Of a DNA stretch of 64,000 nucleotides, positions 13,196-26,905 are shown in pieces. Source of the stretch: Antedon mediterranea (lineage: Eukaryota; Animalia; Echinodermata); NCBI RefSeq assembly GCF_964355755.1, contig NC_092677.1, forward strand, positions 17,692,101-17,756,100. Reading direction: 5' to 3'. Under the pieces are notes generated by a model. That model was not told the DNA's origin and did no database searches. It was given only the letters and a program-made list of their open reading frames with translations. The position numbers were made by a program, and so were the translations under genes. Within the stretch, counting starts at the first letter, position 1; each line of letters opens with the position of its first letter.

Positions 13196-16100
13196 GCAAA
13201 TGGCACACATTGAATGCGGCGCTGTGCTGATCAAAATTTTGTTTCAATTAGCTTGAACAAAATTATTCGGTCCCAAATTTGGGTCTAGAAGATAATTGAA
13301 AATTGTTGGCCTTGATTTGTACAAAGTATCTTCTAAAACATGCTAACTGGGTAGTAAAACTTTACATAAACCACCTCAAAGGTACTCGCATTGCCTTAAG
13401 CTATAGATATTTTGTTATATCCTTTACAAACAAGAACAATTTAAATTAGTTAATTTTTTGTTTTGTCAAAAATCACAAGATAATTAGAAAACACAGACTC
13501 CATTCTTTCCCACATAGTAACATCCAGTATTCTCCCATTCCAATTATAAAGGAAATTAATGAATAAAAATGTTTTAATTAGTAGTCAATAAATGTTCGTT
13601 AATTATGTGAAATAAGTAGTCTTGTTAGGCATTGATTGAGTCATGTTTGACCTTTGAATCATATGCGACCTTGATGTGATTGGTCAAGTCACATGTTAAT
13701 CAATGTTTAATCATTATTATAATCAGACTTAACAATGACCATACATCTTTATGTTAAAATATTGAAAATATGACTCACTGGTTTTGGTATTTAATTAAGT
13801 TCGAGATCATGACATCATACTTTATGTTTAGTATTAAAAAAGTACTTAATTGTATGTGCTATCATAAAGTTGAAAATATTTTATGGTAGTATAAGGCATG
13901 GTTTTGCAGGGTATCCGGCATGAATAGTCTCTCCCCCACCCCTGTCGGGCATATAATTCCTCTGCCAGGGAAATTCTTAAACCATCATTGAACCAGGCTT
14001 CTACATTTCAGACCTACTGTAAACCAACTGCATATTAAGATACCAATTTATAATGAAAAATTAGGAAATTGAAGTGAAATTAAATGGATGATTTCCTAGC
14101 TCTATGTATTACCACAGTAGGTTTGACGTCGTCTGGGTTTACTTGTATTATATAATCAACAAGTACCTAATAAGTAAGGTACTATCAGTATACACTAATA
14201 ATAATTATTACATCATTGACTACCACGGTACTTAACTTTCATTTCCTATGTCTAAGTACATGTCTAAATGTATATATCTAAAGGGATTAAATTATTAACT
14301 GATTATATTTTATTGCAATGATTGTTGCTGTCAAAGATATCATATCCATCTTGTACAAACATCAGCTATATTCTATGTTCACATGTGGCTACTAAGGCCT
14401 GTTTATATGGCAAAATATAAAAAAGAACGGTTTTCTTGAAAACTGGTTATTATAGTATATCAAAGGTCAGTTAATCTTTACTATAAACTGCAGTTCCATT
14501 CCATTATAACATGTGCACGGACCATTGCGATATTATCGGATAATTTATTTTTAACCTGACAGAAAATGGTCTAAACTAAGATTCTCTATTGTTTTTGACA
14601 AGCCATGCTGTTTGATCAGAAATTTACCCCAAGAACTTGAAGATATTTCACTTAATTTCCGAGCACAATGGACTTATATTGCGGTTCAAAATAACTAGCA
14701 AAATGGATCAGGCCTAGATATAGCTTGCACATTAACTCATTATTTAGTTTAAATTTATTAAATAATTATTAACACATTAATTAATTAAATTATGAACCAG
14801 CTTGTTTAGGTAATTTTGGGTGTTAAAATTCACCTCCACTAAACGGCCCCCTTTTGAAAAAATGCAACGGCCTGGGGCGTTTATTAAAAACAATACAGTA
14901 GTTAGCCCCAGATTTGGATAACAATGCATTATGAGGTGGTGAACATTATTATGTTTTATCCTCCATTTAGGAGACAATTTGCTGAGTCCCGGATGAATCA
15001 ATAGGGGTTCTACTGCATATATCAGGAAACCTAAATCTTTTCTATATTTAAACAAAATGTGAAATGGTGTGTCAAAATGTCAATGGTGTTTATTATTTAT
15101 TATATTATTATTTATGGGGCTTGATTTTAAACATATTTATATTTAAAAATACACTACTATATACTTAAAAGGGCTCTAATTTTGACTTTAATATTTATCT
15201 GGTATGCCTCCTCCACTGCTTTCAAAATGCAATCAAAAACTATTGGTTTATTTAATACACTACCATATTTTTTTTCTATCTATTAAGAGGTTATGTCTGG
15301 TTTATATTGTAATAATAGAACAGACGTTTACTGAAAATGTACATAATTTTGATATGCATGTTTCACATAAGTGCATCATATAACATTACTAATACAATTA
15401 ATGATAGGTCCATGACATAGTACATCTTTCAAAGCAGATTAGATTAAAATCAAATTATTATTAAATTGAATAAGCAATGTTTTATCTTGGACGTGCATTG
15501 TTCGACAATAAGCAGAAGAGAGCTGGTTTATATCTTTACTACCCAGAAAAATTCTTAAATTGCATATGCCTAACATGATTCATTTGTTTTGTGTCCACTT
15601 TGATTGTTCGGTCCAACTGTTCATACCAGATGTATCCAAATTATTAAAATATGTATACTTTTGGTCCTATTTAATTGGTCACTTCTTATCCTACTCTCTA
15701 ACCAGCTTTCGGGCTAAAATTGTCCACCCTCGGCCAAATCAAAGGTCACCCATCAAAATGTTGAATTTAGAAATTTGTAACAACTTTGAAAAAGGCCATT
15801 CGAATTGCCTCAGGGCTTGAGTGCTGAAAGTATATAGCCTGTGGGTTTATTTTATCTATTGGTCCAATAGGACCTATTTACTTCCGAAGGGTGCATTCTT
15901 ACTCCTGTGGAGTGTACACTGTGCCTCTGGGGTCGACATTGCTACTGGGTTTGACATCTCTGTAGCACAGGTGAATTAAAAGCCTTGTATTTGATCGACA
16001 CAGGTATTGGAGTTCAATGAAAATATCGTTTTTTAAGTACAGTAATATTATTATTAAGTATTTTATCTGTTAAGAATGAGAATTAAAGTTGTGTTACATA

Positions 16101-18561
16101 AAAATACTGATTATTGCATGATTTGAACTAGTGACTCTGGTCTGAAAACCAACCTACAGTAGTCTACTGGAAATAGTTTACATTGCCTAGTACATCAGGT
16201 ACTTATTTCATCTGATAAAAGATAAAAGATGCCACATTTGTATGATAACCCCTCAGCACAGCAACATACCATTGACAGGTATGTTTAGCTTTGTTAAAAT
16301 TTACCCTTTCATTGTTAACAAATTTAATTGAAACAATGTCATAAGCAAATTTTACAATCACAATGGAAATTCAGATACCTACTAGAGGTGCCATTTAACA
16401 TGAATTTTATGTGCAAGCGTACCCTTTACAACCATCTGCGGATGTCATGTACCTAAAATTGCTTTGTCCCCATGTGCGGCCTGTGACTCAAATACTTAAT
16501 GTTTGGGCCCCTCTCCCCCCCCCCCCCCCTATTAAAAATCTTGGATCCACTCCTTTGAATAGAAACAAGTCAAAAAGAACATGTACTGTATGACATAAAA
16601 CAATATTTACATTTTGGGATGAATGACCACAAAATTGAGCAAGATAATTCATATAATCCCATGTCAAATTGATTTGTAGGCTAAGGCTTATTACCAACCC
16701 CAAAATGATTGCCTCGGGCAAAGACAAAGATACTCATGGAATAATTAGAAGTACTGAGAATCGATCAATCAATTTAATTTAATTAGAGCTGGGTGAGAAT
16801 TGAAACGGCTCAGTGATTGTCTGAAAAGTGTGACTAACTCACATACTTGTGTCTAATATGTGTCTTCCTTCCCTTACTCATTTTATTAACTATTAATATA
16901 TTAATATATTTATTAAGTTCTCTATTAAACAGAGCCACTTGTTGTCTTGTATTTAGCAATATTTGAGTGAAGAAAAAAATGGGTTTTAAATGATGTGACT
17001 AAGTAGCATTTGCTAAATCTGATTTCTTCTACTTGCATTATGAACTATAGATGTGTTTTAGAAACAAACATACATTTTACATCAAAATTTAGTAGTTATA
17101 TTCTGTTCTGTATGCTGTACAACTCATCATCTCCCTCTCTAGCAAGACCGATCACAAAATGGCAAAAAATGAGAGACAAAGCAAACTTCTCACACACTAT
17201 ACACAGATTTGCTTAAAAGTGCACAGAATGGCGAGCACAGGTGAGATTCGTCAGATCTACGACGTTTACGAAATAGAGATTTTGTGTATTAGAATTAAAA
17301 TATGAAATAAATCATACAAAAGTTTACAATAAATTAGGAGCTAACAATTTTATAAACTATTAATACAACAATTAATTAAAATGGAATGTATTTTAATTGG
17401 GATAGACTGGAAAAATAAACAATTGAATGCTAAATTCCTCTTGTTCTACTGACTTTTGGCAGATCATGTGACCCGACACTAAATATTATTTTAAAAAGAT
17501 AACAAGAATTAAAACGTGTTTGATATGACAAGAAACGTGTCTGATACAGGTAACACGGACAATCCACAAGAATCTTAACGATTCTCACCTGTACATTCCA
17601 AAATACCTGCCAGGTACGAAAAAAACAACAAAAAGCACCTGGTCTGGATGAAATTACTTGACCAATTGACCACGATGTTAATGGTCATGCGACTGCTTCC
17701 TACCTGCCTTAAGGGTATGGCCAGCAGCAATGTCCAGTTTCGTCAACAAAAATAGATTGTACATGAAATCATAACAGTGTTACTGAATTCTTTAAGCGTT
17801 AAGATAATTAATTCCTTAGGTGTATTTCGTGATATTTATTGTAGATTGCAAAATATTTTATTAGCAATACAATAATCAAAACAAGTTTTTTTAATTACCA
17901 TGATTTAGGAAATATGTAAGTTATTCCAATGTTTCAACTTAGAAAGATTTGATTACAACAAAAACAGATAGTTAGTTAGTTCAAATTTGACATTAAAAAA
18001 AAAAACTGCATAAAAGAAGAAAAGATAAATACCTCATCTTTATAAAAAAGAATGAAAGTAAATAAAAACTGTTTTTACTCACCCACTTTAGTAGAGTCAA
18101 GACAAGATATATAAATGAGAAAAAAAATATCAAAATGTAAGATTAAGAGTTGAGTTGGCTTCTTTTCAGTTGACTATTTTTTTTTTCTTATTTTGTTATT
18201 TAGTTCGTAAGTAATTTCTAGTAAATAATTTTGTGACTAAAATGACCAGTTCAACAAAAATATATATATTTTTTAAAGTAATTATTTAGGGGGACAATAT
18301 ATCTTTGATTATTTGTTATATATATTTGGGAAATTTACATTTTCCTATTCATTTTGGATATTATATTTATACTACAGTGTAATAGATAACAATTTGTTAT
18401 AGCAATACTTACACCCTAGGTATGACGACAGATCAATAAAAAGACACAGGAACCAAGCATGGAAAAAAAAGAAAGATTAATAAATAATTAAAGTATTTTA
18501 ACTTGATTATTTTATTTTATAACATCAATCGTGCAATTTTGGTATATGGCCATTGAATTGA

Positions 18562-18870
18562 AGAGTCCAGTGGTCGAGCGGTTAAGGCAGGGGTGCCGCA
18601 AACCATAGCTATACAATTGGCACAGGTTCAAAACACTCTCGGCCATTGTTCTGGTGGTGAACAAGTCTTCTCGGAAAAATACTTAAAACTGGAAATCCAG
18701 TGTACACATCTGGCTCGTGTGCGCTTTAAAGAAACCAGGCTGCAAGTCGCAGGTTATTCCCCATTTAAATTTACGTATGCAGCATGTTCATTTATTTTAT
18801 TTTTGTTTACACACAGCAACCATTTGAAAATCAACATTTAGTGTGCGCCATCTATAATTTCTTTACTCAA
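18562..18870 (+). mobile_element. tRNA-derived SINE with a Nin/Deu-like central region
   Basis: A-box-like TGGTCGAGCGG and B-box-like GGTTCAAAAC, followed by CTTCTCGGA...TCCAGTGTACAC...TTTAAAGAAACCA, which resembles the Nin/Deu core. Confidence 0.65.
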
Positions 18871-19009
18871 CATTTAAAATTGGAGTGCTGGCTTTGCGAA
18901 TGATTTAGGCCTTGTTCAGGTTTAATTATTATTAAGTACAGATAAAAAAGTGCAGGGACACTTTCGGCACCTAAAGTTGATGAACATATATTTCCCTTTG
19001 TTTGTCTAA

Positions 19010-19188
19010 AGCTTGGTTCCCACTAGAACGTAACGCAAGGACGTAAACGCAACGCAAACGTTTTAACCAATGACAAGCGAAGTTATAGACAGTTAGCAAT
19101 CACAAGCGAATAAGCCATCGCTTGTGATTGGTCAATTCACTTGCGTTGCGTTACGTCCTTGCGTTGCGTCGCTAGTGGGAACCACGCT
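19010..19188. mobile_element. 179-bp Tourist/PIF-Harbinger-type MITE
   Basis: TIRs AGCTTGGTTCCCACTAG / CTAGTGGGAACCACGCT, extended internal inverted arms (AACGCAAGGACGTAA / TTACGTCCTTGCGTT), TAA TSD at 19007-19009 and 19189-19191. Confidence 0.9.
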
Positions 19189-19744
19189 TAATGGAAAAGT
19201 GTCCCATGGTGTCCCCTGAATAAGGGGTTTACCAAGGAAGGGTTCTATTGTTGTAGTAGTGTAGTGTTTAACTCTCAAGAACATCCTCCAGGCCATTCTG
19301 TATCATCATCGCATGACTCTGTTTTATTATTTATTATGGAAATATCTATCTATACTTTTTTGTCTTTTTTATCTATTTAAATTGCCTTAAGAATTTTTGC
19401 AACAACACAAGGTAAAGTTTACCCTTGGTCTTGGTCAGAATTAATTTAAAATTAATAATAATGGACATACTGAATTTGGAGTCGTGTGAACTGTGGATTA
19501 AACGGACAACTACACGTCGGTATGTGTTCATTTGCTTGTTAATTGTTTAGGGGACACATCGTCTTTTTTTGACAACCTGACAGGTCGTTGACATGGAACA
19601 GATATTATTGCTTGAAAGATCATATCAACAATTAAAACACTCATAAAATGAAGGAAATTAACAGCCTTGGCGAGACACATATTAATTTTATGTGATTCTA
19701 AGTACTTTAGGTGACAATAGTGAGGGCTCAACCTAAATGTAGAA

Positions 19745-20555
19745 GTACAGAGGTTCGGGAGGAAGGGGATTAACTATAGGAGTAACCCTATAGGTACAGA
19801 GGTTAAAAAAAGATGAAGGGTCTTAACTAAATAAGGGTTCAGGAAGGACAAGGAGGATTAACTGAACAAGGGTAACACCATGGTACAGAGGTTTGAGAAG
19901 GAGGAAGGGTCTTAACTAAATAGGGGTAACACTATGGTACAGAGGTTTGAGAAGGAGGAAGGGCCTTAACTAAATAGGGGTAACACCATGGTACAGAGGT
20001 TCAGGAAGGAGGAAGGGCCTTAACTAAATAGGGGTAACACCATGGTACAGGGGTTCAGGAAGGAGGAAGGGCCTTAACTAAATAGGGGTAACACCATGGT
20101 ATAGAGATTCAGGAAGGAGGAAGGGGATTACTATAACTAGCTAGGGGTAACACTATTGGTACAGAGGTTCAGGAAGGGGACTTAACTGAATAGTAGTAAC
20201 ATAGGTACAGAAGTACAAGAAGGAGGAAGGGGATTACTATAACTAGCTTGGGGTAACACTATTGGTACAGAGGTTCATGAAGGGGACTTAACTGAATAGT
20301 AGTAACATAGGTACAGAAGTACAAGAAGGAGGAAGGGGATTACTATAACTAGCTAGGGGTGACACTATTGGTACAGAGGTTCAGGAAGGGGGACTTAACT
20401 GAATAGTAGTAACATAGGTACAGAAGTACAAGAAGGAGGAAGGGGATTACTATAACTAGCTAGGGGTAACACTATTGGTACAGAGGTTCAGGAAGGGGAC
20501 TTAACTGAATAGTAGTAACATAGGTACAGAAGTACAAGAAGGAGGAAGGGGGTTT
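19745..20555. repeat. Minisatellite: ~54-bp units switching to ~106-bp dimeric units
   Basis: GGTACAGAGGTTCAGGAAGGAGGAAGGGCCTTAACTAAATAGGGGTAACACCAT at 54-bp spacing (19990, 20044), then ~106-bp periodicity (20158, 20264, 20370, 20477). Confidence 0.92.
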
Positions 20556-20651
20556 AATGACTTACAGTAGGTTACTCGTCACCCTAAGCATTTTTTTAGT
20601 CCAGCCATATTTTTTACACTACAGGATGGGGGTAGCTGGGAGTGAAACTAT

Positions 20652-21528
20652 GACCCCATTTACACTTCAGCTTTTAGCGAGCCCGAGGCCGGCTCCGAGC
20701 CAACAGTGTACAAGTAAACACTCCGGGAACAACCGAGCTGGCCTCGAGGCCGGCGCAATTTTGATCCTAGTCTAGAGTAGGCTTCGGGCCGGCAATTGGG
20801 GCTTTGGGCCGGCAATTGCGGGCTTCGGGCCGGCACTTCGTATAGTGTAAACACTCACGGTCATAAAATGAACGTTCTGGGTCAACTATAGTTTAAAGTT
20901 TATGAAAATTACCGCTGAACCGGAAATGCATGTATGTAAAATATAAACAAACAGGCTTTATCTACTAGGCTAGGGCCTAGGCCTAGGGGCCTAGTTTCTT
21001 CGTTGAAATTAAATTAGTGATCTACTACTATTCTTCAGAAAACAAGACGCAAACATTAGTAATAAAGCAATAATACAATTGTTTTGACCCATATTAAAAT
21101 ACCGTTATTTAATGCTTTTTTAAAAATAAAGTTCGATAGGCCTAGTGTAGATCGACAACGCTTAATAATATTAACTTAACATGAGTGGATATGATGTGAA
21201 TGTAGGGAAATCGTATCATCGAGCACTCTTCCGCGAGAGCAAGTGTAAACACAATAGTAGGGGCCCGAGGCCGGTTTTTGGGTAAGTGTAAACACATTGC
21301 GGGCTATATAATATAATATAATTTGTATAAGCGCCTTTCCAAATTGATCAAGGCGCTTCACATTCTAATGCCTAGGGAAGTAAGTTTTAAGGCCTTTCTT
21401 AAATAGATCTATCGATTTTAGTTCCCTTAAGTCTATTGGCAGAGGGTTCCAGAAATGTCCGCCAGGCTAAAAAGAAAGTCGCAACTTCGGGCCGGCTAAT
21501 AAATCGTCGATGAAGTGTAAATGGGGTG
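20652..21528 (+). mobile_element. PIF/Harbinger-like non-autonomous element (copy 1) carrying a nested LINE fragment
   Basis: TIRs ACCCCATTTACACTTCA / TGAAGTGTAAATGGGGT, TAT on both flanks, internal GTGTAAACAC and GGCCGGC repeats. A second, inverted copy lies at 29525-30100. Confidence 0.88.
21307..21464 (-). mobile_element. 5'-truncated L2/CR1-group LINE 3' end inserted in the Harbinger element
   Basis: Minus strand encodes GGHFWNPLPIDLRELKSIDLFKKGLKTYFPRH*, a typical CR1/L2 ORF2 C-terminus (WNxLP...FKxxLKT). It is followed by an AAGCGCCTT..AAGGCGCTT stem-loop and an AT-rich tail, with a GGCTA duplication at 21302-21306 and 21465-21469. Absent from copy 2. Confidence 0.85.
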
Positions 21529-24500
21529 TATTAGTAGGTGACTGATCCTAAATAATTATGTGGTACAACTACAAAAAACATGTATGTTGTTTTTAATCAC
21601 TGAACATCATAAATTCACAGAATATAACTTGAAAAATTCATTTTTTATTACATTTGGTAATAATTGATGGCTTTTTCATAAAAAATAACGATTGATAAAA
21701 GGAAATTTAAAGGATTTTCCTCAATTGACAATGTTTGATGCCGTATAACAAATTGCCATAGGAAATGTGATAAGATCCACTCAAACTGTCAACGACAACA
21801 CCACCTCCTGTCGCCCACAGTGTCAAACTTTGATGATAGTAGTTTACTAATGCCAAGCAGCGAACGTTAAACTTTTTGTCCTAAAAATTATATCCAGACT
21901 TAAAACGAAAACGTTCCGTTAGAACAATTTCCCGGAAATGCACATATCAATAAAATATATAATGAAAGTGTTTAGGAATTTTGGAAAAGTGTTTTTTTAT
22001 TGGCAAGTTTTCCATCAAATGAAAAAAAGGATTAGATTTGTATTTGTCAATCGAGGAATCCCAAGTGTCGGATACATCCTTTTTGAGGTATCTTTAAATC
22101 CATAATGTCTCAATATAATCATTTAATATTAACTTTTTAAGTCTGTCATATTAAAAAGAAATTAATTACAGGAAAGAATTGAGAGATAAAAATACTTATC
22201 TCAACGAGTAAATAAACAAGAGGAAATACTTACATTAATAAAGTCCTAGAGTTCATAAAAAGTACATGAAATAGAAAAAGAAAATATTAGTTGAATTAAA
22301 TAAGTTTTAATAAATGTATTCATTCTTCTTGACTACTTTTGGACTACTCGTAAGTTATAAATTTAAAAAAAAACATTTTTACTAGTTGTAAACAAAAAAA
22401 AACTAATATAGCAACATGTAAGAACATTTTTTGGTAAATAATCACCTACCGTACAAAAAGTTAAATTTACAATCTACAGAAATTTGTTAAAAGATTACAA
22501 TCAGCAAACTTTAGCTATTTTAAAAATGTTAAATACTAGTTAATTAAAAAAAAAAAGTTTTATTAACAAATTGTTAGTTTGGTAGAGTGAACTTCAAGCC
22601 CTGATGTAACAATCGTCAAATAATGAAGCATATCTTTTTTTAAATTTGGGTATTAACAGGTCTTTGATTTAATAAGACACATACTGTACAAAAAATTGAT
22701 GATCGAGTAAATTATTTTTCAGTAGATTTTTTTAGACGTAATCTAGGCAACAAATTTAAAGGACTATATTTATTTATATTTATAGTTATTATTATCTATA
22801 TTTATATTAGGTTATTAAACTAAAAGTTTAACCTATGTAACCACATTATAATTCAAATACCATTTTCAATGTTGTCTTTAATACTTTTTTGAAATGTTAC
22901 GTCAAGGAGTATTTTCTCTTGAAATGTAGTTTTTACTTTTGTGAAAATAAACTATATTAAATCTTATAATCAATTTTAATTAAGTTATAGTCTTAAGTCT
23001 CCCCCTTGGTCAAACACATTTCAATAGACGACAAACATGAATTTCCAGTTGTCGATTTCTCTATAGCTTACCATAACCTACACAGTTAAAATTTATGAGG
23101 TAAACATTTGTGAGTCTTGTACAAATGACACGACTTTACATATGTCTGAAAGAACATTTTTAGAAACAAAGCGGGGAAACATTTAAGGTCATAAAGGGTC
23201 CTTAGATGAATGGGCCTGGTGGACATGAAAAACTGTTACATGCATTGTAAGTGACAGGGTAAACTCCAGAGAGATGGATTGTGGGATTGTACTAGTAATA
23301 ACAAGTACTTATACTATTAAAATGAAATGGGTTTTGTTTTTGTTTTTTTAGGCTTGCCAACTGAATTCCCTTCTTTTTTTCAACATTTTTATCTTTATTT
23401 ATAAAGAAGATGAAGATATAGTGTTTTATAGTTTTTAATCTTTTATAAATGTATTGTGCTTCACTTCACAACCAATGAAATAAAAGAAATGGACTTGTTT
23501 AAGATAAGTTAAATAGCAAAAAAGTTCTGCATATATTGATGCTTATGATTTTATTTATATTGATTTATTTAGGGAATTAATTTTTGACTAATTCGATGAA
23601 AAAAACGTACTTAATTATTTGTTTAGGAGCCTGTTTCTATAAAAAATATTTAAAACTGGTTTTAATTGAATTACTTGTTATAGCAAAAATCATGATGCAG
23701 CCACATTTTTACTCAAAGTAAAACCGGTTTCTCATTTAGTGATTGTTCATTGTTGGTGGTGTAATGATATCATTATTATCATCCACAGAGTAGTCAGATC
23801 ATGATGCTCATGACATTCAGTTGTGATGAAACCGTGATTGCGTTTTTAAAACCGGTTTTGACAATGAAGATCGGAATCAATTATTATTTATTTAATATAA
23901 ATGAATACAAACCTTTGAATGACTTAAATCTTTGTTTTCACTTAGCAGTAAACTTAGCTTCGAAAGTTCATTTTGAGCTGAATACAAAATCCATAACCTT
24001 TCCTTTTCATTCTGAGAAAAAAATACAATTCAAATATATTTATCTTATGTATATTGTATATCATGTTTACATACTGCATGGACTGCATTGCAAATTAAAA
24101 AGCAGAATTAAATTTAATTCAGATATTAAAATATAGATCATGTCATCAACCTTTAGGTAATTTAGAAAACTTTTTTCAAGTATAATCCATTAATAAAAGT
24201 ATTGCATAATACTATCCTCTTTACACATTTTAGTTACACATCCCTTATCAAATATTGGAACTACATGACTTTTTACTAAATTAGACATACAGTACATCAG
24301 TAAAAAATGTTTTAGAATCATGCATGATTGAGATCATCAAGAATTGTCTAAGCATGTAAACAGTGAATGTATTTTTAAACTATCATTTTGATGTTGGTAG
24401 ATATAGCTACTAAAAGCCTGATTTAACAACAGTACGTGAAACTTTTATATTTTAAATTAGCTCTGACGAAGGAATTGTGTTTTCTAAAAGCTTGGAATTT

Positions 24501-24747
24501 CTTTCTGGTTGTTATAATCTATCGTTTTGATTTAGATTTTTTCTTATTTTCTTTGTATCTCTATTGAGATCCAGCTACAACATTGTCATTCTTCAAGTTA
24601 TTTTCATCAAATATTATATATACAGTATATAATTAAATGGTAAAACCCATTGAAATGAGTTATATTAGAATGAAGAACATGGTTAAAATTAGCCATTGTA
24701 AAGACACTGTAATTAATATAAAAACAAAAATGATGAAGCTATCTTAC

Positions 24748-24801
24748 AAGCATAGTGGACCTTATTGATGCTTGTGACTCTGAGGAAGACAGTGTATCTT
24801 T
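24748..24801 (-). CDS. Probable internal exon of the SOWAH-like gene (KDTLSSSESQASIRSTML)
   Basis: Strong acceptor CACTTTTTTTTCCAG and donor GTAAGA; 54 nt, phase 0/0, open, and compatible with the phase-0 end of exon 4. No homology check was possible. Confidence 0.55.
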
Positions 24802-26808
24802 CTGGAAAAAAAAGTGAAGCAAAACAAAATAGTTAAAATGGTTGAAAATGGTTAAAAATGTTAGGATGATATGAGTATTAGCAGAATCATATTCTATACA
24901 TTCAAAGATTTTTTAAACAATTTTTTTTCTAATGTTTACTTCATACACAATAAAATATCCAGCAGCAAAGAACTTACAGTATAGATATAACTATATATAA
25001 CTTATAAACAAGATTGTGATTCTTGAATTGTGGCAAGACAAAAACGATCCCAGCAGTAAAAAGAAAAAACTTAGCAGAATAGAATTATGCATAAAACAAT
25101 GAAGATCGCCAAGATTTAGTGTAAACCGCCTCAAATTATGAAATACTTTTGTGATATGTAGGCCTACACACAGGCACCAAATAATAAATTGAACCTGTTA
25201 TGCAATGCATTTTTCTTTATTATTAAATTACAACCATATTGTGTTGTCACCTGCGGGAATTTGTAAACAAAGCATAGGATGAGGGGCTACATTACAATGA
25301 AGATTTCCGGGTTGTGGAGAATTTACATTTTTTTTCACATATAGGTGTACCTCTCACAATGTTAAGCTGTGTTACTTCCTTCCAGTGATAGTATATGGCT
25401 AACAAAATGGTGCACCCTACGACATGTATCGATCTATTTCAGTTTGTGGACCGTATAACCAAAATATAAAATGGATGGTGGAAAAACAATACAAAACTGT
25501 AGTTAATTAGTCTGTATATTGAACCATATTTCTATGGCTCACACTCATCATGTTGGCTGAGGTGGTTTAATTGCTTAATCAACTGAGCCTTATGCAAATA
25601 GGGGTCACTATGTTTGGAAATATTGATTGATTGCCAATAGTATGTTCATCAGACAGACCCAACTTACTGGTTTGCTGCCCTCTTTGGTTTGTTTAGCTTG
25701 ATAATTGGCTACAACTTAATCTATCAATTAAAGTAATCTTTTGCAAATTTTAAAAGGTTAACAGGATTTATTAATAACCTTTTCATTTAAAATCTGAAAT
25801 AAAAAATCCATATAAATGATTACTGAATATATTAGTAACTAAATAGTTTTGAATATTGTTTCATTTGTATAGCCATTTAGGTTAATAAATACGACAATTG
25901 TAATTGGTCATTTTCTTGTGATTTGAACATTTTTATTATTAATTTTTTGTTAAGTTAGGCCAAATATGGAACCAAGGTTTTTATCAATTCTATTGTTTAA
26001 TAAAATATGAGTATAAATAACGCAAAAAGAACCCCTTTAAATAATAACATCCTGGATTTATAATGAGCCTAATGCTGTAAAACTTCTAAGCGCTGTACAT
26101 ATTACTACCCGGGCCATTTTTGGCTAGCCTCGTTTGACGATTTTTTTTACATTTATGAACAAATTTCAATCTTTATTCTTTCTCAAATTTCTTACTACTA
26201 CTATTACTCGGTTATATTATATAAATTAATACAAAATTGTATTATTGTTGTATGTTTTGTCATTGTCAGCGCGCCTTGAAAATATTTCACACTTTCACAG
26301 TTTTTGTGTACAATTTTAAATGTGCGTGCCATCATACAAAAAGGTAGACAATAAGTCGTCATTGTTGTTTTGGTGAGTCACCAAGTAAATAAAGATGAAA
26401 CGTTAAATAATGTTTAACATGTGACATTAGCGTGAGAAGGATGACATTAAATGATAGAGTGACATTCCATACTATAGTCAAAAGAACAATCGCTCTGTTT
26501 TTACAATAAAATTCACAAAAATAATGACAAATTATCACATCTAGGAATTTTCTTTTGTAATGAATTTGTTCATAAATATGCTCTAAAAATGGTAAATTAA
26601 TTGATACGTAGAAAAATGACAAAAGACGGAAACTGAGTATGGACTGGGTGAGGATGAGGTCATTTCTAAAACGATTACGGTTGAAAAATGAGGCATGCAA
26701 CGTGGGTGGTTGCACGTATCTTGTACAATAGCAAATTCTACATTTAAAATACATACTTACCATTTTTATAAAATGTCGGTTCAAAACACTAAATGTTACT
26801 ATAATTAT

Positions 26809-26905
26809 TTACCTCCGCCAGGGAGGTATATAATAGTAGTCAATCGTGTGTTATTTTCTGTTTGTTTGTTAGCAGGATTACTCAAAAAGTTATTTGCAAA
26901 TGGAT
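26809..26905 (+). mobile_element. Fragment of the TTACCTCCGCCA(A/G)GGAGG-type non-autonomous repeat (Helitron/Helentron-associated HINE-like)
   Basis: TTACCTCCGCCAGGGAGG hairpin start followed by GTTTGTTTGTTAGCAGGATTACTCAAAAA, a layout recalled from marine-animal repeats. Confidence 0.45.

Noticed and set aside
18083-18085. Apparent 3-nt microexon (AAG|TGG|GTGAGT) on the minus strand
   Set aside because: Weak AAG acceptor, and it appears to lie in a decayed repeat ending GGGGGACAATATATCTTT; cannot be supported without reads.
21900-22330. Possible LINE endonuclease remnant (…DYIETLWI…) on the minus strand
   Set aside because: Too degenerate to support by eye.
26359-26784. 141-aa minus-strand ORF
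   Set aside because: Composition typical of random AT-rich sequence; no domain and no splice support.
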